Shown here: piece after piece, positions 38,201 to 51,534 of the stretch
Layout of the letters: each line of letters starts with the position of its first letter
Numbering within the stretch: the stretch's first letter is position 1
DNA from: Ylistrum balloti
Lineage: Eukaryota
Direction: 5' to 3'
DNA length: 64,000 nt
NCBI RefSeq assembly: GCF_031769215.1
Contig: NW_026782137.1
Coordinates: 434,001 to 498,000, forward strand
Notes under the pieces: generated by a model
Seen by the model: only the letters and a program-made list of their open reading frames with translations
Databases searched by the model: none
What the model was told of the DNA's origin: nothing
Translations under genes and position numbers: made by a program

Positions 38201-40471
38201 ATAAAACCAATCATAACCTTTCCATTATCACGAAGGAATGTGTATGAATTTTGACTTCTGAAATGCTCTTTCCCTTTTTCTACCAAACAATAGAATATCA
38301 AAAAGTATTTCACAAAAATATGTTAGGTTTTAATTAGATGAACGTGAAACAACTTTATTTTGATACAATTTATTAAAATGTTCTCTACCATAGATATGTT
38401 GTTGACATTCCATTTACGCGACGCCACGAACAGGTTCATTCCATTGGATGTCATACTGGCTGAATTATTGTTAATCATGTTGACAAGGTTACATTACAAA
38501 AAGTATGTTTATATCAAGAACATTTATATACACTTGTAGTCTTTTAAAATGCGACTGCAAATTGAAATCAGCTTTGATTGTTTTAAAACAGAAATACTAC
38601 GTTGAACTTTCTTTCTTTGTTTTTTTGTTTTTTGTTTTTAAGTTTGCCTCAGAAAATATCATGTGGATACAAAGCGTTGCGTCAGTGATTTGACTACAAA
38701 TTTGTTTAGGGTTACATATTAAGATTAAATCAATAGTGATTCGTTTACAATCAATAACAATCTTATTTATTTCTCTATTCTTTTTTGTGTGCACAGTGCT
38801 GTTTTAAATAGACATTTTTCAACAACGGAATTTTTCATTGCAATACATAAATATTGTATTTTGTATAGATTTAAGCAGCGTCACAGCTGAAATAAGTAGC
38901 TCTTCTTGTTTTCCTTTTCAGGAACTGACGATTTGCCTACAGCTATGAGGTATTTATATTTCCACTTCTTTTTAACTACGGAATAAATTTACACAAAAGA
39001 AACAAAAGTATTCGCCATTAATCATTCGAACTTTTTGTGAGATACAATATGCACTAAATACTAAATTAAACTGATTCATGAATCTTTTTTTTCCCTATGT
39101 GGAATATAAAAAAAAGTTAAAGGTCAAATCTTTATTGTGTATCACAATATTTTCTATAAATATGACAGTCAAATCAATATTGTACAAAACACACACACGG
39201 GAATGTAAGATGAAAAATTTCAATATGAATTGGGCTAGATAATGAAGTAAACTACATCATATAACTGTTGCGTCCTTCTAGGACTCATCCATGATGCTAA
39301 GGGCTAACATTTAAAAGTTTGGAGGTGATTGAGGCAAATCTAATTTGATCGATGTCAGAATATTGCTGGGAGACTGCAATAGCTCCATCGTTTAATGCTT
39401 TTCTGTATTTTTCCTGTCTTTGATAATTTTATAAGAACATTAAGCACATGTGTATATTCTGATCCTTGCCTCTAATCGAGTTACTTAAAACGTGACATGT
39501 AGGTAACGGCAAAAGTGCACAATTTCATTGGTTGCAAATCTACAAAACTTTCAACCGATATGTGCCTTCGCCTTTTGTTTCATTAGTGTTCAACTAGTCT
39601 CAGGTCTAACGCTTTAAATTTGTTTCATTCATATTAACCTCTATCTCATAGCAGTTTAAACAATTATTCAATCACCGTGCTCGTTTATCCTTATTCAAAC
39701 TATAAATTTGATTGCAAAATTACATTATATTGAACTTCACTTAGGCAGGTAAACGTGACTTTAGAAGAAACGCCCATGTTACTGGTAGAAATAAATCTGA
39801 ATGGACGTTTTCTTGATTTTCAAAATTTAAAATGTACCTTTTTTCGATGTGGGTAGATCTATAATAAGTTCCTTGGAATTAGGGCGAACTGCTGCACTTT
39901 AAGGAGAAATATGTGAATGTAAAATCTCATCCTTGAAGATTTCAGAGATAGCGATCAAAACTGATTAACTGATCCTTACCCCTGTAGTTTCGAGGATGGT
40001 AAAATCTATTAACACTTTTTCTTTCTCGTTTTCTAAGGTCGTCCTCAAAAAAGAAGAAGAAAAAGCGAAAGACCTCTTCAAAAGAAAAAGATGACGATTC
40101 CATAGGTATCAAAGATTTGTGTCACCTATGAAATATTTTTTTGAAAATATTTATCATAACATAAACAAATAGTCATATTTCATTTTCCAGTTCAAACGAC
40201 ACAATAAAAATGTCTAATGAAATGTACTGCATGATATTTGATCTTATAATATATCTATCTCTTGTATGTGGTTCCATTTGCAAAGGTATATAGCCGACCT
40301 TTAAAATAGTTTTTTTCGTACACGCAGACATTCTTGTGATACTAATTTATTCGTCTTTTGATATTCACAGCTAGTGGTGAGACCAGTCAGACGTTACAAT
40401 CAATACCAACTACATCTCAAATGAAAATAACGGAGATTTCTTCCATAAATATGGACGACGATGAAAACTAA
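26203..40471 (+). CDS. Ankyrin-repeat transient receptor potential (TRP) cation channel, TRPA/TRPV-like, subfamily uncertain (~851 aa, 22 coding exons)
   Basis: Exons 26203-26300, 26800-26888, 27745-27829, 28316-28517, 28696-28846, 29728-29892, 30959-31074, 31954-32035, 32284-32315, 32880-32971, 33524-33656, 33927-34004, 35396-35529, 35732-35907, 36196-36279, 36632-36795, 36951-37066, 37401-37608, 37984-38137, 38922-38949, 40038-40105 and 40371-40471 join in phase to 2556 nt. Ankyrin motifs GETVLHKAA, GCTPLHVAA, KQTPLFFAA, GRYPIQLAA; six TM segments; WNVFDW; pore FSLFRITLVDDFDY; S6 LNLFIALLSDSFQRV; C-terminal coiled coil. The start codon is uncertain. Confidence 0.88.
26333..26367. repeat. 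(TG)n microsatellite
   Basis: Directly visible, with one TA interruption. Confidence 0.95.
29225..29400 (-). mobile_element. Degenerate tRNA-derived SINE
   Basis: Minus strand: A-box-like TGGTAAAGTGG, B-box-like GAGTTCCATT, then GTGGGTACTCAGGATTACCCCCA, which resembles the CCGGGTACTCCGGTTTCCTCCCA core of V/Meta-type SINEs. Confidence 0.55.
29935..30160 (+). mobile_element. Naiad-type PLE 3' end remnant
   Basis: GKFYGRHSDLIEKY (GGGAAGTTTTATGGTCGCCATAGTGATCTCATTGAGAAGTAT), then a 3' non-coding segment also seen at 34700-34830 and, inverted, at 51535-51660. Confidence 0.65.
34370..34830 (+). mobile_element. Naiad-type PLE remnant (RT C-terminal half and 3' UTR)
   Basis: Broken frames PHELKMNCTTE...HLDL...LYDK...FPIMNFPSLDNNIP...VYISQLIRYSRA...LTAKL...KFYGRH...IEKY. 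Confidence 0.75.
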
Positions 40472-42091
40472 ACCGTAGCAGGTTTGTCTAACATGCATGT
40501 ACGAAGGTATATATTGAACAGTGTAGCTTAATTGAAAGGTTGCCAAAATATGTTATGTTGCTTTTAATAATTTTGTTATTTTATTAAAGAGCTGAAGTAC
40601 CTATGTACCTACCCAATCAGATATTTCGTCTTCGAAAAGCAAATCCAAGGTTCCTGTGTGATATTGAAAGGTACAATGAATCAAACTGGTATACAATGGT
40701 GTACATGTGATCTTAGTATGCATCAGGTCAAATTTCAACTGAATCAGTTCCAGCTTTCTTTTTCTCTCTCTTTTTAAAAACAAATTGTACTTGTTTGACA
40801 TATTTCAGAAAAATAAGTGAAAATTCCCGAATAAATGTTGTTAAAAGACCTTGATGGTACTTTTTTTACTTCCGATACAATGATGTAACATCATAGATAC
40901 GTAACTTATTCATTACATTACAATAGTGTTATTGCCTATGTGTATGTGAGACATGGTCGTAAGGCATGACAAAACATGACAATAATTATTTTTCATTCGT
41001 AAATGTAATTATTTTTCCCAGATGAGTGGTTTATATATGAACTATTGAAATGTTTTGCTCATTTGAATTTATGAAACAATGTGAGAAACTTTGTCAATTT
41101 GATTAATTGCAATTTCGTTTCTGATGCGTAATGTAAAATGGATATGTTTTCAGTATTAAGATCCTATATATTTTATGTTTAATGATTTTAAAATATGTAC
41201 ATTACCTGAAATCGCAATGTATACAGATATGTATATAAAATTGATCATTTTCAGCTTTTATCCAACAAAACACAGTCTTGTTTGTCTATAGACATACATA
41301 AAGAAGGGAATGAATGACGGAAAAATGATTCTACGTTGATGTAGAAGACAATTATTGAATAGGTAGATGAACCAGTAAATCCCCGTACTTATCGCTGTTA
41401 TAAACAATAAATAGTTCAACACCTTATGAGATTCCATATTGATAGATATATCGTCATTCTTGACTGAAGCATCCTTCACGTTATGTTTTATGTGTGTGTA
41501 CGTTATGTGAAAATCAGGCATTGGTTAACACAAGCTTTTTAGCCAAAATTTTGATATTGAAATGTTGAATTTTGATATATATGATTAAATTTTAAGGTAT
41601 ATTTTACGCAATCATAGACGTTTCAATGAAAGTGTATCAATAAATGCGAGAATGTATTATACGAAAGATTAAAGATTTACTTGAATGCATCTCTTTTATG
41701 TTATTTACCTTTTAAAAGTATATTTCTAAATAAGAATATATGACATACAATTGTGATATGACCACAGAAAACGCCTTCCAACATGTGTAATAAAGCAACA
41801 GGTGGAGAACCAAGTAAATAAACAGAATATTGCAATTGTGAAGATGTTTTACAGTTACCTTTATTTCATTTACAAGTGTAGCCACTGTTGACGTTTCATG
41901 AGTTGTGAGTTGTTGATTTTGCTGTTTCATTCGTTGGAAATAAACGAAAGCAAGATACAAAATCATAGCATAATAAAATAAGAAAGGAAACCCCACCTAT
42001 ACATTATGCAATATTTCTAAAGACGAAATATTGGCTAATTATGCCTCGGTATTACAATTATTTAGATTACCTATTCATGATAAGGAACGGA

Positions 42092-42495
42092 CCTCCCCCG
42101 TTTACACTGGATCCCTGAACTTCAAAAAAATCCATGTAAAAATGTTTCATAGCTGGCTCGTCTAACTGTTCAACCAAGCATACCTACGAACCTTCATTCT
42201 AAATACTGTCAAAGCTGGGTTAGAGTTTTATTGTGGCACTGTTTACTCAAGATGTGGATTAATAGTTTGTGGATTTTGAAAAACTCTCCAATATTCACCA
42301 ATATCAATCCTGTACACCACTGTATAAATATATGGTTGCGAACTGTACTGAAGTGTAATTCGTTAAAATTACGTCAATAGCATAGAAGAAATATATGGAG
42401 GACGATGTCATAATACTGATCGAGTATCTGGTTGACAACATCCTCGTCAAGTTTGATGGTAAGATCTTCAAACAGACTGTTGGTATACCTATTGG
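42092..42495 (+). mobile_element. Naiad-type PLE remnant (RT N-terminal half)
   Basis: LHWIPELQKNP...IAGSSNCSTK...YSR...LWILKNS...EDDVIILIEYLVDNILVKFDGKIFKQTVGIPIG, with stops and frameshifts. Confidence 0.75.
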
Positions 42496-43990
42496 AAATA
42501 AGAAATAAGAAAACTCGACGCTGTTAATAATTGCTATCATTTTTTAATCTTCAGAAACCACTAATACAATTATTTTGAAAACAGACAACATGCAACTAAC
42601 ACGCATCAACAAAGACTTCCTCTATATGTTCAATCCGTTCAATTATTTACACATGTTCAAACAAACAAAAAAAAAAAAAACCCCATCAAGTGCAGTGAAA
42701 TTGAGTGAGAAATAATTATCTCCTTATGTAAATATAAATACCCATATTTGAAGAAAGATAGAAATAATGGTATCAAAGTATATAGCTGGTTAAGCATGAC
42801 ACTTCCATTATCATCACCATTATTATTGTTTGCAAAGAAATCGACATGTGAAAAACCTGAACGGTATCACACGACGATACCTGGGTCTTGAATTATTGAA
42901 AGACATCAATCAGCATAAACCGTATTGAAAGCATCAAACAATTTTATTGGGTGAAACTTTTCTTAAACACTATGTGATCACGTACTTCATATAGAATCAT
43001 ATTGACATAGCTATAATTAAGCGGATGTACTATTCATTTATAACAACTTCAGTATGATTTGATATCGGAATACCTTACGTTCCCATGCAATTATCAGATA
43101 ATTAAGGTATTGATAACACAGTTACAGCTTTATATTGCTATCGTACTAAGAGTATATGTTCTCGGTATACAATAGCGAATTCCGGTAATTACAGGTCTTT
43201 GTATGAATTAGTCAATACAGTTAAATGTCTCACGAGTATCACTTTTAAGTGATACTGATCGAAATGATATACCATTTAAGGAAATAATTGTCAGTTTAGC
43301 ACATAATCTGTTTGTACTGATTTTCAGTTTTCTAGTTACACTTCGGGACAAAAAATGAGGTAACAGGAATCCGTCCTTAAACAACAAAATCATCAATTTC
43401 TGTACAATTGTAAGACTGATAAACATTGAGAAGTGTAACCATCTAATTGAGTCACACGTGTGATTGCTTACCGCTTAACTGTGTAGAATTTGTTTTAAAT
43501 GTGCGGTTATTTACTTCACAAAACGATGATGAGCTTATTGACAAAGTAAAGGAAAAAACAAATACAATGAAATGTGAAGACATAGCAACAGCTTGCATTA
43601 CAAAATACATAAGAATACAAATGGGATAGCGATTCAGATGACAATACTGTCGTCAGGACATAAACATTAATGTAATAATGAAAAATATACAAATGCAGCA
43701 ATGCCATAACGTGTGTTTTTAATTTTTGTTCAATGTATTGACTGATATGCAGCGTATCTTTCAAAATGTAATCAAACGGTATATATTTTCAAATTGAATA
43801 TACATTAAAATACCAAGAAAAAATTCTATATAGGTAACAGTGTTATTTAGCTTAGAGAGAAAGAGACTTATATATATATATATATAAATTTTTGTATGCC
43901 GTGTTATGTGCGTACATATTTAACAGACCTAATAGAATTTTCTGTTGTAGAACTCTGCTATTCAAACGTTAAACTGTGAAGTTTGGCTTT

Positions 43991-46900
43991 TTACATTGAA
44001 CTTGCCACAGTCTCTTGAGATCGCGATGAATACTTTGTAGAAGGCCTTTGTTTATGTTTAGTCTTACAGAAAAGTGATCGATAGAGGCGAAACACTCTTT
44101 GATTCCAAACAAAACTGAAAAATATTAGCAAACCTTGACAACCAGTCAGGATCGTTACAATGAAGCTAAAAACTGACAATGGGAGGAACGTGTCTATGAT
44201 GACGAGGATCCAGGTTAGGCCAGTGATTGTAAATAATTTGATGTAAATCACAAAATCGAGCCTGTGGTCCTTAGTGCTCTCTACTTTTGGTGTGTTTTTT
44301 ATTTTTATAGCCACTCTAACAAACATAAACATGTTAATGATGCAAATCAATACAACTGGTGCAAGGAACGTGGCGTAAAATGAAATGTTGTTAGAAATGA
44401 AACAAACGCCACCGCCATATCCTATATCTGTCACACCGGAAATTACGTCATCAGAAAAGGAAACACAATACGAAGTGATAATGTTACCGGCAACAACTAC
44501 CAGCGGTATCCCATATGAGTATGATAGGTATAGCGCTATCTGTTTTCGGGTGTTGCTGGATCTTCCCGTCAATGTATTTACAGCAAACACACTGTACATA
44601 TGAAAGGAACAAACATTCATGCATGTGAACGTGGCTAGCCAGAAATAGTGAGTAATTACTCCTATAGACAAACATAAGGACGGAACAGACGTTTCCTCGA
44701 AACCAAATTGGAATAGTCCCTGCGAGAAAAACATCGCAAAAACAAGACTCATGTTGTTAACTCCTGGGACAGAGCGCATGGCCCGAAATAACAAATACGT
44801 GCCAAATGTTAGAAACAGACAGGTGAGAGAGACTGAGGTACAGACTAACGTTGTAACAGACAGGGCATTTCTAACAGGGTCGTTCTCGGTATTGGCCATG
44901 TATTCGTTTATGAAGCCGAGATAGTCATCTAAGCAAAGCTGTGCGTTACTGTCGGGCATGCGCAGATAACGGTCTCGAGTGAACTTCCTGGAACTGTATT
45001 TCACAGAGAGTTCGAGTGTGTCATGTTTTATACTGTATTCGTGATTACGTAGTACCACCTGGCGGCAAAGCATAACATCAGACACGAGGGCTGTCCGGAC
45101 GGAGGGCAAAGTTGTCCACACCTTATTAAGGAAGATGAAATTTTTAACACAGTAATCGTCAAAGTTGGAACTAGGAGCAGACGGTAGAAAATACGCCTCA
45201 TTTGCAGGTCTAGATCTAAACGTAACATTCGATATAACCAAATTTTCTCTTGTCATGTTTAACAATATTTGTTCTGTAGCTAACCTCTCGACAACTTCCA
45301 ATATAGAGAAAGTTGTCTGAATCAGTAGATGGTGAGTTATAGGTGTTGTTACGTTACCAATTTCACATGATACATTAGACGTGATATGGAATGACTGTAT
45401 AAATAACATCCTTATTGCTAATTTGGTTTTCATTTCAGACAAAATTTTCTTTTTGATGATAGTTAGCAATTTTACAGTCTGTTCGAAATAATCAAGGGTT
45501 CCTTCCAGTGATAGCGTCATAATATACTTCAGATTGGTAGTAGTACGTAAAAGGGGAACGCACTGAGTCCCATCGATGATCTTACCTGGGTAGCAAGTCA
45601 GCAGACGAGGTCGAGTCTGTAATACAGAATACGAAGAATTGCACCTGATCAAAAACCGTGCTCTAAAACATCAAGTGCTGAATAGATATAACTTTAATCC
45701 TCTACAGTCTTACCAAAACGTCAAGCCAAAAACCTTCGAATTGTTATAGATAAATAAATGAACATGTTTCAAAATTGATCATCCAAAACGGGAGTGAATA
45801 AAAAATAACCAAGACCCCAAATATACATGATATGTGTGGAAAAGGCCATGCCCCCTCTAATATAAATAAAGAAAATCATTTACATTGTTTAGGTACTTAC
45901 TGTTATTGGATCAAACACGTGGGTCCCGTTTGTATCTGGCTCGCTCCTTCTTAATTTGTTTACAAATGGACGGAACAGGTCCTGTAAAACGGGCGAAGAC
46001 ACCTCAGGTTTAAAGTTTACGTCTTTGCTGAAGTAGGTATGCATTTGAAACATGATAGGCCACGGCAGCGGGATCTTTGTGTCATTTATGTTACAATATT
46101 GACAGAAAATGTTCTTTGCAGGGAACATGCTGCTAACTTCCGGTGCTTCTCGGCATGCACGGACTATTGCAGCACCATAAAATTTATTATCAGTGCTCTG
46201 ACAGTTTTGGATTAAAGTTGTTGTATTAGTTTCTGACGATGGATTGCATATAAAGCAAAACGTATTTCGGTGGAAATCGTACTGATTTTCAAGGGAGGAA
46301 TTCTCGCACGCCCATCTGATATCTTGGTCGAATTCTTCCCAGTAGCCTGTACTGTTACATTGTTTGTTATGGATTTTAATTGGTGAGAAAAATCCGAATG
46401 CATCCTGCTTACACGATTGACCTTGTTTAACCTTTGTAGATAATACCCTCGTAATGCATCTGTTTCGTTTCGTAGCATCAATAACGCCGTTAAACGTGGC
46501 GTGAAACAGTAAATTCAGGTCTCCCTCGCACTGCATGTCAATGGACCAAGGAAGATAATTGTCATATGACATGATTTTTGATAAGTTTAGTTGAGGAATT
46601 AATATGTCTTGATTACACAGAAAGCAGTCAAAATTTTTATAAAGCATGTTGTTTTCTCCTACAATTGGCATGGAAGAAAATATATCGTTATCAGAAAATC
46701 GGCATCTAGATTGAATGGCCTCAGGCCATGAAGACTGAAAACAGCCATCAATTAAATAATTACTTGGTCCTTCTGTTGACAGCGAAGGTCTCTGGCAGGA
46801 TATCGGATATTCAAGAACCAGGTCAAGACAACATTCCAAGGCATCATCGAAAAAGCAAAGGGGGTTGCACGAACATGGGTATTTCCCAACAGCGTACGGC

Positions 46901-48156
46901 ACCAAGTGTTTGCGACAGTATCTGTAGTACCCTGTCACGCTGAAGTCGTAAAGTAATAGCTTAGATATATTCACAGACCGAGCCTTATCCCAAATAGGGT
47001 CCTCCCTCTTGAATATTTCCTGTTTTGTAGATTCGATAATTGTGTTGTAAAATTCGAGATTGTATGACTTCAATGAAAATGAATATACAAACGTCAATTT
47101 CTGATCTTGTGCGAACATGTTTTCTGACATCCAGTCTATATACACATCGAAGTACTGGGATGAGTGACTGTTATTTCTATTGCAAAGCAAACAAAATACA
47201 TTTTTGTATGGAGCAGCATTGTGTGACATGGCATGCAACTCGCATGCTCGTTTCAAGCGTTCCACGTGAATATCCCATAAACCAGTGACGTTGCATGTTG
47301 ATATGACGTCATTGTTTTTATCAGGAGGATTACACATAAAACAAAAAATATTTTTGTATACACCATAGCGAACTGTGTAGGCAGAGTTACAGGCAAGGTC
47401 GATGTCTTGATCATATGTAGCCCAGGTTCCAGTCTCATTACATCTCGAGGTTCCCATGACATTAATGTAGTCAGCATAGCAATCATGTATATCTTCATCG
47501 ACAGTACTAAATCCCACAGTACAATTCAGGGATTCAGCCTTGTCAACAATTTCGTCAAAATTGGAGATAAAATTGAAATCGGTAAACTCTTGACAATCCA
47601 TTGACATACTCCAGACGTTGTAATCAAGCACACTGTTACATTCGGCACAGAATTTATTTTTAAATATTTGTCTGTAGCGTTTTGATGTAACTGGTGGAAA
47701 TTCGACATTACCCGTTTTAAAAACAACGTCTGTAGTCATACATTGCCTCCTCAGATTGTTGTCAGTGCTGTTTGAACACGAATTAATCATAAACACATTA
47801 TCAGGAGATCGGTTTGGATTGCCAACTTTGATAACAGGACTGACACAAATTGGGAGTGGTATAGAAAAAATCACATCAGCACAACAATTTTCCCTCTTAG
47901 TACAATCTCGGTCACATTTACAATCCTCACAAATGTCAATATGACGTGTGCTGATATTTCGAAATTCAAAGCCTAGTTTATGAGGGTGGCAAAAATAGTC
48001 TGACCCACACAGAAGAAAATATTCATACAATAGCTTTGTAGCATTGGAGATGGTCTGAACTTTCGGATCAGGCTGAAGTCTGTCCGTTAATAACACTGAC
48101 TTAGTTGAAGAAAATATCAGGTAAACCTGAATTACCCTCCAGTGTACGAGCGACAT
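43991..48156 (-). CDS. Family-B (secretin/adhesion/Methuselah-like) 7TM receptor with a large Cys-rich ectodomain (~1293 aa)
   Basis: Exon A is 48156-45901 (donor ACA|gtaagt) and exon B is 45616-43991 (acceptor tattacag|ACT), phase 0, giving FDPIT-TRPRLLTCYPGK. 7TM motifs: CTSVSLTCLFLTF, VPGVNNMSL, CLSIGVITHYFWLATFTCMNVCSFHMY, YGIPL, GYGGGVCFI, FLAPVVL, KLFTITGLTWI, QGLLIFFSF. The open frame extends upstream to 48207, but a strong acceptor (ttttctatgttacag) just before Met 48156 favours that start. Confidence 0.88.
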
Positions 48157-50238
48157 GTCGTTCAATCTGTAACATAGAAAACTTATCCATAAGATTTTAT
48201 AAATCATGCAATCTTATATTTAATGAATGATATGTTCCTTGATAATGTTAGTATTAAATGCACGTACTTTTGACTAAAAAACATTAAGAGCATGAGGCAT
48301 GTCGATAGATATAAGGTTCTTTATAAAAGCTATGTTACATTTTTTTTTCTGTATGTCTTACCTTTGTCTTGAAGATCTATCACATATTGGTATACTTCAC
48401 TTAGCATTGTACTGTAGCTGTTTTCGAAGACTCTTTTAACTCTGATAGTGATGCAGGGTTCCTTTAAGTATAGGTGATGTGTAATTAATCATTTATACCT
48501 TAATCAATACAGACTGTTGACATTCCATTACCATAAACAATTCCACAGAACCGGTAACGCAAATACGAAACCATTCAAAGGATATCAAGTTTGTCTAATT
48601 TGTAATGAAGGATCGACAGGAATTTAATATTTCTATATATAACTGTGTCAAGCATTGACGTAAAGTGATAAGAAAACTATGACAGGCAGCCCGTGTTATG
48701 ATGTTGGGGGAAATTGAGTTTTGTCGACAGGTTAATACATAAGAAGAGAGTATATAAATACTGCGAAAAACTTGCTTTTTCAATATCGTATTTACAAGAG
48801 TTTCTTCATGCACACCACATGACACTCCAAATATATCATTCCTTGAAAGATACACTCGGAAATGTAAGTTATTTAAATTCGTTTGTACATGAAAATTTTA
48901 GTTTACTGGATCTTAGACTGCTTCAATCAGAACGTATAAATTACTATCGTTCTTCCCACTTTTCTCTATCTCCCAAACAAATTTTCCCTTTGTATGAGAT
49001 TTTTTACTTTCTCATATTTGTAAACTCTCCTCATCCTCTATTAATATTGAAATATCGACAAAATGTGTATTTTTATTGATTTTTAAGCCAGAAATGAAAT
49101 CTCACCTTCATAAGAAATTATTCATTGAGTCTAAATAGTGTATCATACTATCTATCCTGATGAAGAGTTTCTCAGTACCTAGAACTACTTTTTCATACAG
49201 GTACTTGAAACTTACACAGGAAACAAATGGATAGTTTAATTGGACAAGGCGAGATTATTTTCATTCACGCTTTTTGTTTGCTTTAATTTACGGAGGGTGA
49301 AATCATGAAATTGATATAATTCCAGATCGTCGAGTTTGGTGGTAAGACCTTGTTATGGATTATTGACATCCATATGACTGTAAAAACGGTCTACATAATT
49401 TCCTGAGCGACGATGTTCTCATGATCCTGTGCGTGACCGTTTCCATTAAGGATGTTATGGCTGGTATTCTAGATAGCTTGACAGTGGTGATGGTAAATCT
49501 CCAATATAAATGTTCACTTCTGTTCTCTACGCACTAGATACAACCGTTGTAAGCAATGTCATGTCTTCAAAAATTGTTGCGAAAAAAACATTACTTGAAT
49601 TTGTTTTTGCTTTCATGTTGGTGGTTGATGGGGTTGATATGTGATGGACGTTACCATCTGACTTATATATATACCAAAAAAATCTACAGTTAAACCTATT
49701 TTCATCATTATATTATCAATTATGTACGTTGATTTTAAACACAAATAAAATTAAGGTTAGTGTTTTCGGAGTAAAAGAACTGATTTTATATGCCTTTTAA
49801 AAAAGAATATTTGCAATATTTTGTTCTCTGGAAGTAATCCTTCCAACCATCTCCGCCTATTTGTACATTATCATTATATTGTTGTGAATGTCATATTTTA
49901 GTTTTCTATATTCCAATCTAATGAAATGGTATATTATATGAACAAATATGTACGGATTGAGGAATATTTGAGTATATGTAGTTTGTGTAAATAAATAACA
50001 TCGGCGAGTATAATCCAGGAAACGTAGAAGGATTTTACCACAATAGAAGTCCAAAGGTTTTGCTATCTTGCTGGTTGGTTTTTCATCAATGGTCTAGATA
50101 TCAGTCTGCTGTGCAGGTCCGCTATCGGGTTCGATCTCCCAACCTGATGTTTGCCTAATTACATAATAATCCTATCAAAATTCTCTGTAAGGGTTTGTCG
50201 CACCTAAATCTATTTTAAAATCTATATGGAATATTATG

Positions 50239-50970
50239 AGTCAGACCTAACTTGTATAAACGCTATGTTACATAACACAGGAAGACAGGTGGAAAAACAA
50301 CACATGTAAAACAGCAGTAGACTATAAATACTGTCACACATTACTGCATTCATATTCATATTCATATGAGAGCAAACTATTTAGGAATTGGACATAATCA
50401 CACTTTGGTAACACGAAAAGATTGTAGTACACTGTGCGTTATTATCACGTGTTTCGTGCACAGATTGACGCAGGAAAAGTGGGTCTACAGTAACATGGAT
50501 AACAAATATCTGGAAAAAACACATTTTAGTGGACTGTTTTATTTGATCTGTACGAATCCTAAAGTCTATGTAAGTATACTTATAATTCTACAGAAACGTC
50601 TCTAATATAATGACAACTGTACATAAACCTCAGGTAAAACAATTTAAATATCTAAATATGCATGTTATACTTCATTAAATTGAATAGATGCACTGTTCTG
50701 AACATACACATGTACTTGACATTCTTTTGAAAACATTAGATATTTAATAATTAAGTTCTAGCGCACTTTCCTATCTAGATTTTGACATATCAATCGGCGT
50801 CTACGTTTAGCACTATCGGTCTTCATTTTTAAACTAGGAATTATTCAAAAACTGTTTGATGCAGTTTCAATCTGTGTTCTTTGCGAAATGTTTTCATCAT
50901 ATTATGTAATGCGCTGTGAATGTATCGAAGCATGCATTATTATCATCCGACAAGCATGTAGAAAACAGTT
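50239..50970. repeat. Unclassified ~500-700 bp repeat, copy 1 of 3
   Basis: Aligns by eye with 56358-57020 and 57264-57762 (GACAGGTGGA...CAGTAGACT...GGAATTGGACATAATC...GTCTATGTAAGTATACT...CCATCTAGATTTTGACAT). Confidence 0.85.
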
Positions 50971-51534
50971 GAAGTGAATCCTTACCTTTATCACTAATGA
51001 ATATATTTTTATATAATATTCAGAAATGTGCACAATTTAATTAAATCTAGCAAACGATTTGAAAATACGATAAGGTTTATTTGTTATCTTACAACGGAGA
51101 TCAGTGTAACTTTTCAGTATGATTATTGATTCATTACCTCTTTGTTTCCATAATGGGGAATGTCAAAAATCGTGTTATATGTGGTATCAATCCGCTTCCT
51201 GATAATTGACAACTGAAAAAAAGCAAACATAAAAACAGAGAACTGTCGACCCATTGAATGGATTAAAAGACATTATGACCAACATAATTTTTTTCACGCT
51301 TTCATGAAATCATATCAAAAATAGTAAATAATTTGAATGAACTTAACAAACATATACGTTTATATTTTGAAATAAATGTAATAAATAACTCGGAGAAAGA
51401 TCAATGTTTCTCTAGTATAACTGATTTCATATTTATAATGCAAACTAATATCCGATAAAACAAGAGCAAAATATGAACAAAAGGAAAATGTTCACAGAGG
51501 ATCCTGAAGAAGTACAGTATAAGATAAATTATTA

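Noticed and set aside
45617-45652. GPCR exon 2 starting at the ORF-track start or at the cag|GTG acceptor
   Set aside because: That acceptor is out of phase with the donor and hits a stop. The acceptor at 45616 restores the frame.
48157-48207. First Met of the 772-aa ORF as the GPCR start
   Set aside because: It lies upstream of a strong acceptor, and a matching upstream donor exists near 48361, so the segment is probably intronic. Not excluded.
50085-50140. Second tRNA/SINE head (TGGTCTAGAT…GGGTTCGATCT)
   Set aside because: Only box-like motifs, with no cloverleaf, body or tail. Too weak to call.
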